DNA of 64,000 nt, from NCBI GenBank assembly GCA_018396535.1, contig JAGTQC010000003.1, forward strand, positions 988 through 64,987, read 5' to 3'. The position numbers and the translations under genes were made by a program. Positions 48,606 through 59,118 of this stretch are shown in pieces. Within the stretch, counting starts at the first letter, position 1, and every line of letters begins with the position of its first letter. A model generated the notes under the pieces. The model was not told the DNA's origin and made no database searches. It was given only the letters and a program-made list of their open reading frames with translations. This DNA comes from Candidatus Bathyarchaeota archaeon. GTDB lineage: Archaea; Thermoproteota; CALKCG01; B24; DRYS01.

Positions 48606-49867
48606 TGCCTGATTATACGATTATAGAGGATATTAGAGCTCGTAAAGTATTCGATAGTAGAGGTAATCCAACAGTAGAAGTTGAGATCTACACGCGGGGT
48701 GGTGGAGTCGGTAGAGTATCGGCACCTGCAGGTGCTAGTACAGGTAAGTGGGAGGTTATAGCCTATCCGCCTGGAGGTGTGGACGAAGCTTTAAAGATAC
48801 TAAAGGATGAGATAGCTCCTAGGCTTATAGGTATGGATTCAGAGAAGCAGGAAGAGATTGATGCTATACTTAAAGAGATAGATGGCTCTCCACGTTTATC
48901 ACATATAGGCGGGAATACAGCGTATGCTATATCTATAGCTAATGCTCTAGCAGCAGCTTCATCGTATGATCTACCTCTATTCATGTATCTAGGTGGAAGA
49001 AACGCTAGGTATATGCCATATCCCGTAGGTAATATACTGGGTGGAGGTAAGCACGCAGGTGCAGGATGTCCAGATATACAGGAATTTCTATCGATACCAC
49101 TAGGTGCTAAGAATTTTATGGAAGCTGCTCAAGCTAACATTCTCGCTCATAAGAATCTACGCAATATTCTCGAGAGGGAAAATATTCCATTCTTCGGTGG
49201 CAAAGGTGATGAAGGAGCTTGGGCTCCTGCTGTGAGTGATGATAAGGCTTTCGAATATGTAGCTGAAGCTATAGAAAAAACCTCTGATGAAATAGGATTT
49301 GAAGTAAGATTTGGTGTCGACGTGGCTTCCTCATCATTCTGGAGAGAAGAGGAGGATGTATATTTCTATAAACATGGAGGGAAAAAGCTTACGACAGGCG
49401 AACAGATAGACTTCATAGTAGATAAGATAAAAAGCTATAGGCTTATATACGTAGAGGATCCACTTCATGAAGAAGATTTTGAAGGGTTTAGAGAGCTTAC
49501 ATCTAAGGTAAGAGGATGTTTCATAGTCGGTGACGATCTATTCGTGACTAATATAGAGAGACTTAAGAAAGGTGTGAGTCTGGGAGCAGCTAATGCTCTC
49601 ATAATCAAGCCTAACCAAGTTGGTACGATATCAGATACCATAGCTACAGTTGAATACGCTCATGAAAACCTTTATACAACAGTATTCTCCCATAGGTCTG
49701 GAGAGACTGAATCTGTAGTACTGGCACATCTAGCTGTCGGCTTAAGATGCCCCTTCGTAAAGCTTGGTGTTGTAGGTGGCGAGCGTATAGCTAAGATTAA
49801 TGAGCTCATACGTATAGAGGAGTATCTAGGATCTGAAGCTAGAATGGCTAAGGTTAGGTTCAGGTGA
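48605..49867 (+). CDS. eno: Enolase
   Basis: VFDSRGNPTVEVE..., SHRSGETE, KPNQVGT motifs. 420 aa. Confidence 0.9.
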   Translation: MPDYTIIEDIRARKVFDSRGNPTVEVEIYTRGGGVGRVSAPAGASTGKWEVIAYPPGGVDEALKILKDEIAPRLIGMDSEKQEEIDAILKEIDGSPRLSHIGGNTAYAISIANALAAASSYDLPLFMYLGGRNARYMPYPVGNILGGGKHAGAGCPDIQEFLSIPLGAKNFMEAAQANILAHKNLRNILERENIPFFGGKGDEGAWAPAVSDDKAFEYVAEAIEKTSDEIGFEVRFGVDVASSSFWREEEDVYFYKHGGKKLTTGEQIDFIVDKIKSYRLIYVEDPLHEEDFEGFRELTSKVRGCFIVGDDLFVTNIERLKKGVSLGAANALIIKPNQVGTISDTIATVEYAHENLYTTVFSHRSGETESVVLAHLAVGLRCPFVKLGVVGGERIAKINELIRIEEYLGSEARMAKVRFR

Positions 49868-49874
49868 TAGTATT

Positions 49875-50498
49875 ATGAGTAGTAGTGAAGTACCTAGTGG
49901 TGGAGGGGGTATCCTACTTCCGCTAGATCTAGCGTTATCATCAGGTATACATATAGGGTCTATGGTTAAAACGAAGCATATGGAACCATTCATATACAAA
50001 GTTAGAAGTGATGGCGTAAATATAATCAATATGGTAAAGATTATGGAGAGAATACAGATTGCCGCAAAATTCCTAGCTAGGTTTGTCCCGTCTGAAGTTT
50101 ATATAGTATCATCTAGAGTTCATGCACGTAAACCTGTATTAAAGTTCTGTGAAGTTACAGGATTTAAGCCGATAGTTGGGCGCTTCTTACCTGGCACCTT
50201 CACTAATCCAAGTTTAGCTACATATGTGGAACCTAAGGTCGTCTTAGTAGTTGATCCTAGAGTAGATGAGCAAGCTGTAGTAGAAGCTTCTAAAGTAGGA
50301 ATACCTGTGATTTCACTAGTGGATACGGATAACTCTCTCTCTAATGTAGATCTAGCTATACCATGTAATAATAAGGGTAGAAAAGCGCTAGCTATGGTAT
50401 TCTGGCTGCTAGCACGTGAAGTTTTAAGAGTCACAGGTACTCTATCACCAAGTGAGGATTTAAACATACCAGTGAAAGAATTTGAAGAGGAGGTATAA
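49875..50498 (+). CDS. rps2: Ribosomal protein S2
   Basis: LLAAGVHIG-like GIHIGS. Conserved C-terminal region. Operon position after eno. Confidence 0.85.
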   Translation: MSSSEVPSGGGGILLPLDLALSSGIHIGSMVKTKHMEPFIYKVRSDGVNIINMVKIMERIQIAAKFLARFVPSEVYIVSSRVHARKPVLKFCEVTGFKPIVGRFLPGTFTNPSLATYVEPKVVLVVDPRVDEQAVVEASKVGIPVISLVDTDNSLSNVDLAIPCNNKGRKALAMVFWLLAREVLRVTGTLSPSEDLNIPVKEFEEEV

Positions 50499-52806
50499 CT
50501 CTGAAGATATCATAGGTTTCCTGGTTAGAGTTAAAGGCATAGTTCAAGGTGTAGGTTTTCGTCCATTTATATATCGTTTAGCACATAGATATAATCTTAA
50601 GGGCTACGTTAAGAATCTTAAGAATGGAGATGTAGAGATATACATCGAGGGTGTTAGCTCATCCATCTGCAAATTTATGGATGATCTAATTAGGGAGAAG
50701 CCGCCGATAACCGTTATAGATTGTATTGAAACATTTGAAGTAGAACCTAGAGGAGAGGAGACTTTCAGAATAGAAAAAAGTGGTGAAGAAGGTAGGAGCA
50801 AAGGTTCGATTATACCTCCAGATATAGCTATATGTGATTCATGTTTGAAGGAACTTAGGGCACCATCCAATAGACGTTATAAATACTTCTTTATAACGTG
50901 TACAGATTGTGGCCCCAGATTCACGATAATAGAGAGGCTTCCGTACGACCGTATAAATACTTCGATGAAGATATTCGACATGTGTAGTGAATGTTTTAAC
51001 GAATATACGAACCCGTTAGATAGGAGATTTCATGCTCAAACTATAGCATGCTCTCGATGTGGTCCCAAAGTATATCTTACGGATAATCATGGAGTTAAAG
51101 TGGAATGTGCAGATCCTATACTGGAGGCTAGTAGGCTTATAGATGAAGGCCTCATAATAGCTGTGAAAGGCTATGGTGGTTTCCATATAGCTACAGCTAC
51201 TACGATAGATGAACCTATTAGGAGGCTTAGAGAAAGGAAGGGTAGGAAGAATAAACCATTCGCTATAATGGCTAGGGATATTAAGACTATAGAAGGCTTC
51301 GCTGAACTAACAGATATCGAAAGGAAGCTTCTAGAAAGCTATATGCACCCAATAGTCCTGTTGAAAAAGAACAAAGATTACTACCTATCAGATCTTATAG
51401 CTCCAAACTTGCATCTTATTGGTGTAATGTTGCCGTACACTGGATTACATATACTTTTATTTGAGGGTACGAAAGAACCAGCCCTGGTTATGACAAGTGG
51501 TAATGTATCTGGTCAACCTATAGTTAAGGATGATGACGAAGCTATATCCAAACTTGGTAAGCTAGTAGATTATATATTATTCCATGATCGACCTATAGTA
51601 CAAAGATGCGACGATTCCGTGGTCAAGATAGTAGATGGTGAGCCATTGATTGTTAGAAGGTCCAGGGGGTACACACCTATGCCCATCAGACTTAAATACA
51701 ATGCCAATCTAGATATACTCGCACTAGGATGTGAGGAAAACGTTGTAGCATGTATAATCAGAGGTAACGAAGCATACCTTACACAGCATATAGGAGATAT
51801 GGACGATATAGAATCTTTGGTCTTCCTTAAAAAATCCATAGAACATTTCATAAACCTATTGTCGGTCAATCCTAAAATTATAGTATGTGATCTTAATCCG
51901 CGTTTTGCTACGACGAGATTAGCCTTTGATATGGCTAGAGTAATGCATATACCCGTAATTCAAATCCAACATCATGCAGCTCACGCATATAGCCTATTGG
52001 CAGAGTCAGGGTTAGATGAAGCTATTATAGTAGCTGCTGATGGCTTCGGCTATGGTTTAGATAGAGCTGCCTGGGGTGGTGAGATTATTCATATATCTAA
52101 GGATGGATGGACAAGGATAGGCCATTTAGAGGAGCATCCCATGGTAGGTGGTGATCTAGCTACTCGTTATCCTGTAAGAATGGTTATAGGTATACTTAAG
52201 GATGATCCTAGAATAGAGGAATGGGTTAAATCTAGGATATACATGCTGCCACACGGCGAGAGGGAGTTAGATGTAATATTCAATCAGCTAGAGAAAGGTG
52301 TATATACACGTACAACTAGTTGTGGTAGGTTATTGGATGCTGTGTCAACTCTACTTGGTATATGCTTCGAAAGGACCTATGAAGGTGAGCCAGCTATGAA
52401 GCTTGAATCAGCAGCTCAAGGAGGAGAAGATATCTTGCACTTAAACCCATTATATAACGGCGATGTCATCATCACTAAGGCATTAATAGAATCAATTTTC
52501 GATAACCTCGATAGGGTCAGTAGGAAGGATTTAGCCTATTCAGCTCACATCTACATAGCTAGAAGCTTCGCGCATTATGTTGTTGATAAAGCATTAGAGC
52601 TAGGTGTAAAGCATGTAGGATTCACGGGTGGTGTAGCCTACAATGGTATTATAATTAGAGAGTTTAGAAGGATTGTGGAGAGTGAAGGGTTAAACTTCGT
52701 GAAGCATAAACTAGTACCAGCTGGTGATGGAGGGATATCACTTGGTCAATCATACTATGCATTACTCAGTTCATCTGCGAGGATAATCCATATACCGTCC
52801 AGTTAA
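50482..52806 (+). CDS. hypF: [NiFe]-hydrogenase maturation carbamoyltransferase HypF
   Basis: Acylphosphatase domain (VQGVGFRPF). Two CxxC-x18-CxxC zinc fingers. YrdC-like and Kae1/YgjD-like carbamoyltransferase domains. 774 aa; TTG start overlapping the S2 stop. Confidence 0.85.
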   Translation: MKRRYNSEDIIGFLVRVKGIVQGVGFRPFIYRLAHRYNLKGYVKNLKNGDVEIYIEGVSSSICKFMDDLIREKPPITVIDCIETFEVEPRGEETFRIEKSGEEGRSKGSIIPPDIAICDSCLKELRAPSNRRYKYFFITCTDCGPRFTIIERLPYDRINTSMKIFDMCSECFNEYTNPLDRRFHAQTIACSRCGPKVYLTDNHGVKVECADPILEASRLIDEGLIIAVKGYGGFHIATATTIDEPIRRLRERKGRKNKPFAIMARDIKTIEGFAELTDIERKLLESYMHPIVLLKKNKDYYLSDLIAPNLHLIGVMLPYTGLHILLFEGTKEPALVMTSGNVSGQPIVKDDDEAISKLGKLVDYILFHDRPIVQRCDDSVVKIVDGEPLIVRRSRGYTPMPIRLKYNANLDILALGCEENVVACIIRGNEAYLTQHIGDMDDIESLVFLKKSIEHFINLLSVNPKIIVCDLNPRFATTRLAFDMARVMHIPVIQIQHHAAHAYSLLAESGLDEAIIVAADGFGYGLDRAAWGGEIIHISKDGWTRIGHLEEHPMVGGDLATRYPVRMVIGILKDDPRIEEWVKSRIYMLPHGERELDVIFNQLEKGVYTRTTSCGRLLDAVSTLLGICFERTYEGEPAMKLESAAQGGEDILHLNPLYNGDVIITKALIESIFDNLDRVSRKDLAYSAHIYIARSFAHYVVDKALELGVKHVGFTGGVAYNGIIIREFRRIVESEGLNFVKHKLVPAGDGGISLGQSYYALLSSSARIIHIPSS

Positions 52807-53280
52807 CTGTGAAATACGAATCTGATTCCTCGTTATAATACTTCTTCACTTTAGGATTGTAATAAGCTAGATTTGGATGATATATCAAAATCATGTGAAC
52901 CAGATCATCCACTCCAGTTTTTATGACAGCTCCATGCATACGGCTATAATTTTAGAGCTAGTACAACTATAGGTTCATCATTAACTGCTCCTTTAGACAT
53001 AATACATAACCTTCTAAGATCATACATGTGCAGTGTATTGACTAAAATTAACTAAAATTATATGTTTTCATCTAGAAATATAAAGCTAAAACTCGTAAAC
53101 GATTTACCTTTGATATCTCCTCGATAATCAGAGTCTATCCTACCTATCATTAATATATTCGCATTGAGAAATTCCCCCTTATAGATTATACTTCTTATGC
53201 GAATATGAATTAACTTCGATTATTGGATATATTTATAATATATTGTTATATACGATAGAGTTCAGTTCATCAAGCATTAA

Positions 53281-54276
53281 TTATAATATATCATATGGTA
53301 TCTTAAGTTTTCTACGAATATTTTCAGAATCCTTCTCTATTCGTGATGACAGAGCCTTCTCTAAGAGCTCTCTAAATTTGGGATAACTCATTTCCTGTTC
53401 TTTAATCCATTCTTTAGAAAATGTACCTGAAATTATCTCTTCCAAGCTCTTAACCATAGGTTCATATATTTTATCGATGTACCTATCTATACGGGATAGC
53501 TGTCCATATTGGCTGGTTTTAGAGTGGAGTATGAGCTGTCCTAATAAGCCTAGTTTACATACTTGTCGAAAAACTTCTATAAGCTCGCCAGAAGCTATAA
53601 GCTCTGTTAATACAGCTTCAACACTATATCCTTTAGACACGAGTATTTCGTAGGCTCTTAAGAAAGCTGAGATTATTACAGGCATAACGGCTTGTTCGGT
53701 GAATAAATCGAGTTCGGTTTCTTCTTCAAAGCTCGATTCTATAACTCCTGCACGTGTAAACCCTAAAGCTTTAGCTAAAGCTAGAATTCTAGACCATGCA
53801 GCTCCAGTTACATCCTGTCTAATAGCTACAAAGGCGGGGGCTCCATATCCTAGTTCATATAGTCTTCTTACGCCAACCCCTATCATTCTAGGAGCTAGTA
53901 ACCCTACATCTATGTCATTACGTGGAATTATTAATCCATACCTTATGGAGAAGCCATGAGCAAATACTATCATGCACCCAGTCTTTATATTAGGCTCTAT
54001 ATCCGAGTAATACACTATCCTCTGAACTTCATCTGGTATGAGAATGCAAATTATATCCGACTGTCTAGTAGCATCGCTTATATCGTATACATAGAACCCA
54101 TCAGATAACGCCCTATCCCAATACTCATCTTTAATATTCCCTACGATAACGTTTAAGCCACTATCCCTCAAATTCATAGCCCATGCTCTTCCCTGATTAC
54201 CGTATCCTAGGATTCCGATAGTTAGGTTATTTAACACGGATAGCGTTGCATCCTCATCATAGAATATCCGAGTCAA
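53281..54276 (-). CDS. ilvC: Ketol-acid reductoisomerase (class I)
   Basis: IGILGYGNQGRAWAMNLRDSG NADPH motif and overall KARI architecture. 331 aa. Confidence 0.85.
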   Translation of the reverse strand: MTRIFYDEDATLSVLNNLTIGILGYGNQGRAWAMNLRDSGLNVIVGNIKDEYWDRALSDGFYVYDISDATRQSDIICILIPDEVQRIVYYSDIEPNIKTGCMIVFAHGFSIRYGLIIPRNDIDVGLLAPRMIGVGVRRLYELGYGAPAFVAIRQDVTGAAWSRILALAKALGFTRAGVIESSFEEETELDLFTEQAVMPVIISAFLRAYEILVSKGYSVEAVLTELIASGELIEVFRQVCKLGLLGQLILHSKTSQYGQLSRIDRYIDKIYEPMVKSLEEIISGTFSKEWIKEQEMSYPKFRELLEKALSSRIEKDSENIRRKLKIPYDIL

Positions 54277-54361
54277 ATTATCACCAGTATCCCCTCAAAA
54301 CATACTTCAATATTTAAAATTAACTGTGTAGATCATACATAAGACTTAACTATATAGAGGT

Positions 54362-55210
54362 TTGAATCCTAATACGATGGTGTACGTGACTAAAGCTGAT
54401 GGTAGTAGGCAACCATTCGATTTAAGTAAGGTGTATAGAACATGTTTGAAGATGAATATACCAAGAGAGTATATCGATGCTATATGCAGGAAAGTGGAGG
54501 AGAAGGTTTACGATGGTATAGCGACAAAGGATATATTAAGAATAATCCGAGATGAAGCTAGTGTATTCGATTCATCATACTCGTGGATATCTGATCTAAG
54601 ATCTGCTATATCTAGACTTAGATCTAAGCCTGATTTCGAGCAGTATGCGCGTCTCATCTTGGAGTCTTTAGGATTTCAAGTTGCTCCAAACCAGATCATA
54701 AGAGGCGAATGTGTAGAGTATGAATTAGACGGATTATTACTCAAAGATGGTCAGATCTATATCCTAGAAGTTAAACATCATACAAATCCCCACGAGAAAG
54801 TGGATCTAACAGTGGTACTTAAGGTTAGAGCTATAGTAGAGGATTTACTATTGGGTTATGAAAAGAGAATAAATCAGATTAAGATATCGGGAGGATATAT
54901 CGTCACCAACGCAAAGTTTACTGATCATGCAATGAGATACGCTAAGTGTAAAGGTATAAACCTTCTAGGATGGGGTACATATGAGGATATAGAGAGGATT
55001 ATATTAGAGAATAGGCTTCATCCAATAACTATCATAAGCGATCTTGATGGATTGGAGCTGCAAACCCTAGCCGATATGGGTCTTGTAACACTTAAACAGA
55101 TCATAATGTTCACTCCAGATAAATTATCGGTTATAACAGGTATAGGAATCGATAGATGTCAGGAAATACTAGCGAAGGCATACGAATTCTTCAAGAAGCT
55201 TGGAAGTTAG
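54362..55210 (+). CDS. ATP-cone domain protein fused to a restriction-endonuclease-like (PD-(D/E)xK-like) core and a C-terminal helix-hairpin-helix
   Basis: N-terminal VTKADGSRQPFDLSKV...ICRKVEE ATP-cone-like region. ECVEYELDGLLL...ILEVKHH nuclease-fold-like motif. C-terminal LSVITGIGIDRCQEIL HhH. Confidence 0.45.
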   Translation: MNPNTMVYVTKADGSRQPFDLSKVYRTCLKMNIPREYIDAICRKVEEKVYDGIATKDILRIIRDEASVFDSSYSWISDLRSAISRLRSKPDFEQYARLILESLGFQVAPNQIIRGECVEYELDGLLLKDGQIYILEVKHHTNPHEKVDLTVVLKVRAIVEDLLLGYEKRINQIKISGGYIVTNAKFTDHAMRYAKCKGINLLGWGTYEDIERIILENRLHPITIISDLDGLELQTLADMGLVTLKQIIMFTPDKLSVITGIGIDRCQEILAKAYEFFKKLGS

Positions 55211-56265
55211 CATATCCTAGGTACTGGGTCGCCTAACGGTGGAGGTATAATTCTCTTGCCACCGATTAAAGTCTCCATAGCTACACCTTCAAATTCGTCT
55301 GTAGCTTCACCTATTATAGCAGCATCTTTTCCTTCGTCAGTTTCTCTTAAAACTTCTAAGATCTCTTCAGCCATCTCTGCTACTACAGCTAGGACAACCT
55401 TACCCTCATTTCCTATCTCCAGTGGATCTATACCGAGCATTTCACATGCAGCTCTCACACCCTCCCTTATAGGTATATCTTCTTCTTTAATCAGTATACC
55501 TACATGCGATTTCTCACTCCACTCATTGAGTAGGTTAGCTAAACCGCCTCTTGTAGGATCCTTCATAGATACTACACCTCCTACTGATAACACTTTCTCT
55601 ATCATCCTATTTAGAGGTCTGACATCAGATTTTATACTACTCTCAAATCCATACCCTTCTCTACAGCTTAGTATAGCTACCCCATGATCCCCTATAGTCC
55701 CTGATACTATTATCTTATCCCCAGGTCTAATATTGGAATCTAGAAGCCATCTAGCTTCAATCCCTCCTCTGAACCTACGTACAACATCTATGTTATAATC
55801 TAGGTATTGGCTCCTTACACCTATTCCAGAACAATTTATTATGCATCCATCTAATGATCCTTTCTCAACAACTTTAGTATCGCCTGTGACTACATATACA
55901 TCAGCTTCTCTACATGTAGAGGCTATACTCTGCATAATTCTATCTAGATCATAGATAGGAAATCCCTCCTCTAATACGAGAGCTAGCGATAAAGCTATAG
56001 GTTTACCCCCCATGACAGATATATCGTTAACTGTACCTGAAACAGCTAGCCTGCCTATATCCCCACCTGGAAAGAATAATGGTTTGACGGTGTAGGAATC
56101 AGATTTAAAAACCACGTCATTAACTACAGCAGAATCATCTAAAGCGTGCAGCCCTACTTCGAAGTTATCTCTAGGCAGGATGGATAATATGTGCTCCTTA
56201 ATAAGCCTGTGCATAAGATACCCACCAGCTCCATGAGCCATAACTATCCTATCAGATTTATCCAT
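55207..56265 (-). CDS. hypE: Hydrogenase maturation protein HypE (PurM-like), C-terminal PRIC
   Basis: MAHGAGG N-terminus, AIR-synthase-related fold, conserved C-terminal ...PRIC cysteine. Confidence 0.8.
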   Translation of the reverse strand: MDKSDRIVMAHGAGGYLMHRLIKEHILSILPRDNFEVGLHALDDSAVVNDVVFKSDSYTVKPLFFPGGDIGRLAVSGTVNDISVMGGKPIALSLALVLEEGFPIYDLDRIMQSIASTCREADVYVVTGDTKVVEKGSLDGCIINCSGIGVRSQYLDYNIDVVRRFRGGIEARWLLDSNIRPGDKIIVSGTIGDHGVAILSCREGYGFESSIKSDVRPLNRMIEKVLSVGGVVSMKDPTRGGLANLLNEWSEKSHVGILIKEEDIPIREGVRAACEMLGIDPLEIGNEGKVVLAVVAEMAEEILEVLRETDEGKDAAIIGEATDEFEGVAMETLIGGKRIIPPPLGDPVPRIC

Positions 56266-56339
56266 AGCATCCTCAATACAGGAATTGATTTACCTAACGT
56301 TTAATAAACCCTACTCTTGAATATGGGAAAGATGACCTT

Positions 56340-57260
56340 ATGACAGAAGCTGTTGCTCCAGGTAAAATAATAATATGTGGAGAGCATTTCGTAGTATATG
56401 GTGAACCAGCTATAGTAGCCGCAGTAGATCTTAAAGCATATGCCTATGCTTCATTTGTAGATGAACTAGGTATACATATATACTCTAGTAGAGTATCCGA
56501 AGTCTCGTTACGGCCTATACATGAGGTTATAAAGCTTCTTTTAGAATCTAGGAATGTAAGGTTAGATAATAGGGGTATAGCAGTATCGATTAATTCAGAA
56601 ATACCGATTTCTGCTGGTTTAGGTTCTTCCGCAGCTGTGGCTATAGCGTCAATCTTAGCAGTATCAAAGCTCTTAGGGCTTAAGCTTAAGAAAAGAGAAG
56701 TTATATCATTAGGCGTTAGGGCAGAAGAGTTTATTCATGGTAGACCTTCAGGTATAGATCCAACTATATCCACTTACGGAGGAATACTCCTATTTAAGCG
56801 TGGAGGAAGGGTTAGACGGATAAAACCCACTAAGCCTATGGAGTTTGTGATAGCCGATTCAGGTATAAAGAGATCTACAGGTATTATGGTTCGTAAGGTA
56901 GGTGAGCTTTCTTCAAAGTACCCAGAGGTATTTCTAGGATTACGGTATACGATGCGTAAGATTGTGAGAAGAGCTATGAAAGCTATAGTCGAAGGGGAAA
57001 TCGAAATACTGGGAGATATGCTTAACCTAAACCACGGGCTCTTATCTGCTATAGGTGTATCGAATAGTAAGTTGGAGAGACTTGTATATGTGGCTAGAGA
57101 GGTTGGAGCTTTAGGTTCGAAGATTACCGGTGCTGGTGGAGGTGGATGTATTATAGCTCTAGCTAAACCTGGAGAATCAGATAGGATTGCTTCATCTCTT
57201 ATAGATGCTGGTGCTGAAGCAGTATATAAGGCTAGGATAGCAGAGGTAGGTGCTATGTGA
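56340..57260 (+). CDS. mvk: Mevalonate kinase
   Basis: APGKIIICGEHFVVYG N-terminal motif. GLGSSAA GHMP-kinase motif. Confidence 0.8.
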   Translation: MTEAVAPGKIIICGEHFVVYGEPAIVAAVDLKAYAYASFVDELGIHIYSSRVSEVSLRPIHEVIKLLLESRNVRLDNRGIAVSINSEIPISAGLGSSAAVAIASILAVSKLLGLKLKKREVISLGVRAEEFIHGRPSGIDPTISTYGGILLFKRGGRVRRIKPTKPMEFVIADSGIKRSTGIMVRKVGELSSKYPEVFLGLRYTMRKIVRRAMKAIVEGEIEILGDMLNLNHGLLSAIGVSNSKLERLVYVAREVGALGSKITGAGGGGCIIALAKPGESDRIASSLIDAGAEAVYKARIAEVGAM

Positions 57261-58039
57261 TGATAGTCGTTAAGTTAGGTGGAAGCGTTATAACCGATAA
57301 GAGTAAGCCCTTATCGTTTAATGAAGATGTCTCCAGAAGGTTAGCTGATGAAATACTATCTACGGGCTTAAAGGATGTGATATTGGTTCATGGAGGGGGA
57401 TCTTTTGGGCATTACATAGCTTCAACTTACGGTTTAAACAAAGTGGTTAAACCCATATCTCAAGCTACACCAGGTCTTCTGGAAACCCATATGAGTATGC
57501 GTAGACTTACGGATAGGTTAGTAAGTGTATTTTCTAGTAAGGGTCTTCGTATATACCCAATCTCTGCTTCCAGCATAATGGTAGCTAGGAGAGGACGTAT
57601 AGATTCAATCTATCTAGAACCTATAAAGCTATCGTTTAAGATAGGATTAATACCTTTGTTACATGGTGATGTAGTCTTTGATTACGAAGATGGCTTCTCT
57701 ATCGTATCTGGGGATCAAGTAGCAGTTAGGTTAGCTTTAGAATTCAAAGCACATAAAGTTATCTTCGTGGTAGATGTAGATGGAGTCTATGACAGGGATC
57801 CGAGATCTGAAGGAGCCTCTCTTATAAGAGAGCTTAAGATAGAATTTCTAGAAGAAATATTTCCAGTATATAGTGGATCCATAGACGTGACGGGTGGAAT
57901 GATTTCTAAGCTTAGAGAAGCCTCGATTCTAATAGAGAAGGGTATAGAAGTATATATAATCAATGGTTTGAAACCGGGTCGTTTATATAGAGCGATTATG
58001 GGGTTTGATGTAGAAGGTACACGTCTAATCGGAGGGTAA
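57257..58039 (+). CDS. ipk: Isopentenyl phosphate kinase (amino-acid-kinase fold)
   Basis: VKLGGSVITDK...VHGGGSFGH. Position between mvk and fni. Confidence 0.75.
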   Translation: MMIVVKLGGSVITDKSKPLSFNEDVSRRLADEILSTGLKDVILVHGGGSFGHYIASTYGLNKVVKPISQATPGLLETHMSMRRLTDRLVSVFSSKGLRIYPISASSIMVARRGRIDSIYLEPIKLSFKIGLIPLLHGDVVFDYEDGFSIVSGDQVAVRLALEFKAHKVIFVVDVDGVYDRDPRSEGASLIRELKIEFLEEIFPVYSGSIDVTGGMISKLREASILIEKGIEVYIINGLKPGRLYRAIMGFDVEGTRLIGG

Positions 58040-58047
58040 GATGGTAT

Positions 58048-59118
58048 TTGAATATAGAAGTGAGAAAAAATGAGCATATAGAAATATGTCTCACTAAGCC
58101 GGTCGAAGCTGAGAGAGAGACTACATGGCTCGAATACGTATACCTCCCTCATAGAAGCCTACCTGAAGTAGATCCAAGAGATATAGATCTAGAAATAGAT
58201 TTCCTAGGCTTCAAATTCTCCGCACCCATAATGGTTTCAGCTATAACCGGTGGCAGTAATCTAGGATTCAAGATTAACGCGAATATAGCAGAAACCGTGG
58301 AGAAGCTTCGATTAGGTATGTGTGTAGGTAGTCAGAGGATACTACTAGAGAAACCAGAGTCTATATACAGCTTTAAGATAGTTAGAGATAAGGCTCCTAC
58401 AGCATTCATATCTGCTAATATCGGTTTTCAAGAGTTGAGGAGATATGGTGTAGATAGATTGGTGGAACTGATAGAATCTATAAGGGCTGACGCTCTAACT
58501 ATACATTTAAACCCTCTACAAGAGCTACTGCAAGTCGAAAGTGAACCTATGTTTAGAGGGCTATTATCCGCGATGAAAGATATAGTGAAAGAGCTTAAAA
58601 TACCGGTTATCGTTAAGGAAACAGGTGCAGGTATAATTCGTGAAGATGCGGCTAGATTAGAGGAGATAGGCGTGAAAGCTATAGATGTTGCTGGTTTAGG
58701 TGGTACAAGCTGGTCTAGGGTGGAATATTATCGTGCGATAAGATGGCATGATGATATAAAGGTGGAAGTATCTAAAGCCTTTTGGGATTGGGGTATACCT
58801 ACCGCTGCTAGTATACTTGAAGTTAAATCCGCAACTAGAAACATTAAGTTAGTAGCTTCTGGTGGGTTAAGATCAGGAGTAGATATGGCTAAAGCAATAT
58901 GTCTCGGTGCCGATATGTGCGCAATAGCTCTACCCATACTTAAGCCAGCGCTTAAAAGTGCCCAGGAAGTAGAGAAAACTCTAAAGACGTTTATCGAAGG
59001 ATTGAGGATAGCTATGGTACTTACAGGCGTATCAAAGATAGATGATCTTAAGAAGATTAAACCTATAATTGTAGGTAGGCTAGCAGAGTGGGTGAATAAA
59101 AGGGGGTTGAATAGTTGA
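58048..59118 (+). CDS. fni: Isopentenyl-diphosphate delta-isomerase type 2 (FMN-dependent)
   Basis: KNEHIEICL N-terminus. FMN-binding TIM barrel with ...VKETGAG...ASGGLRSG... Confidence 0.85.
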   Translation: MNIEVRKNEHIEICLTKPVEAERETTWLEYVYLPHRSLPEVDPRDIDLEIDFLGFKFSAPIMVSAITGGSNLGFKINANIAETVEKLRLGMCVGSQRILLEKPESIYSFKIVRDKAPTAFISANIGFQELRRYGVDRLVELIESIRADALTIHLNPLQELLQVESEPMFRGLLSAMKDIVKELKIPVIVKETGAGIIREDAARLEEIGVKAIDVAGLGGTSWSRVEYYRAIRWHDDIKVEVSKAFWDWGIPTAASILEVKSATRNIKLVASGGLRSGVDMAKAICLGADMCAIALPILKPALKSAQEVEKTLKTFIEGLRIAMVLTGVSKIDDLKKIKPIIVGRLAEWVNKRGLNS

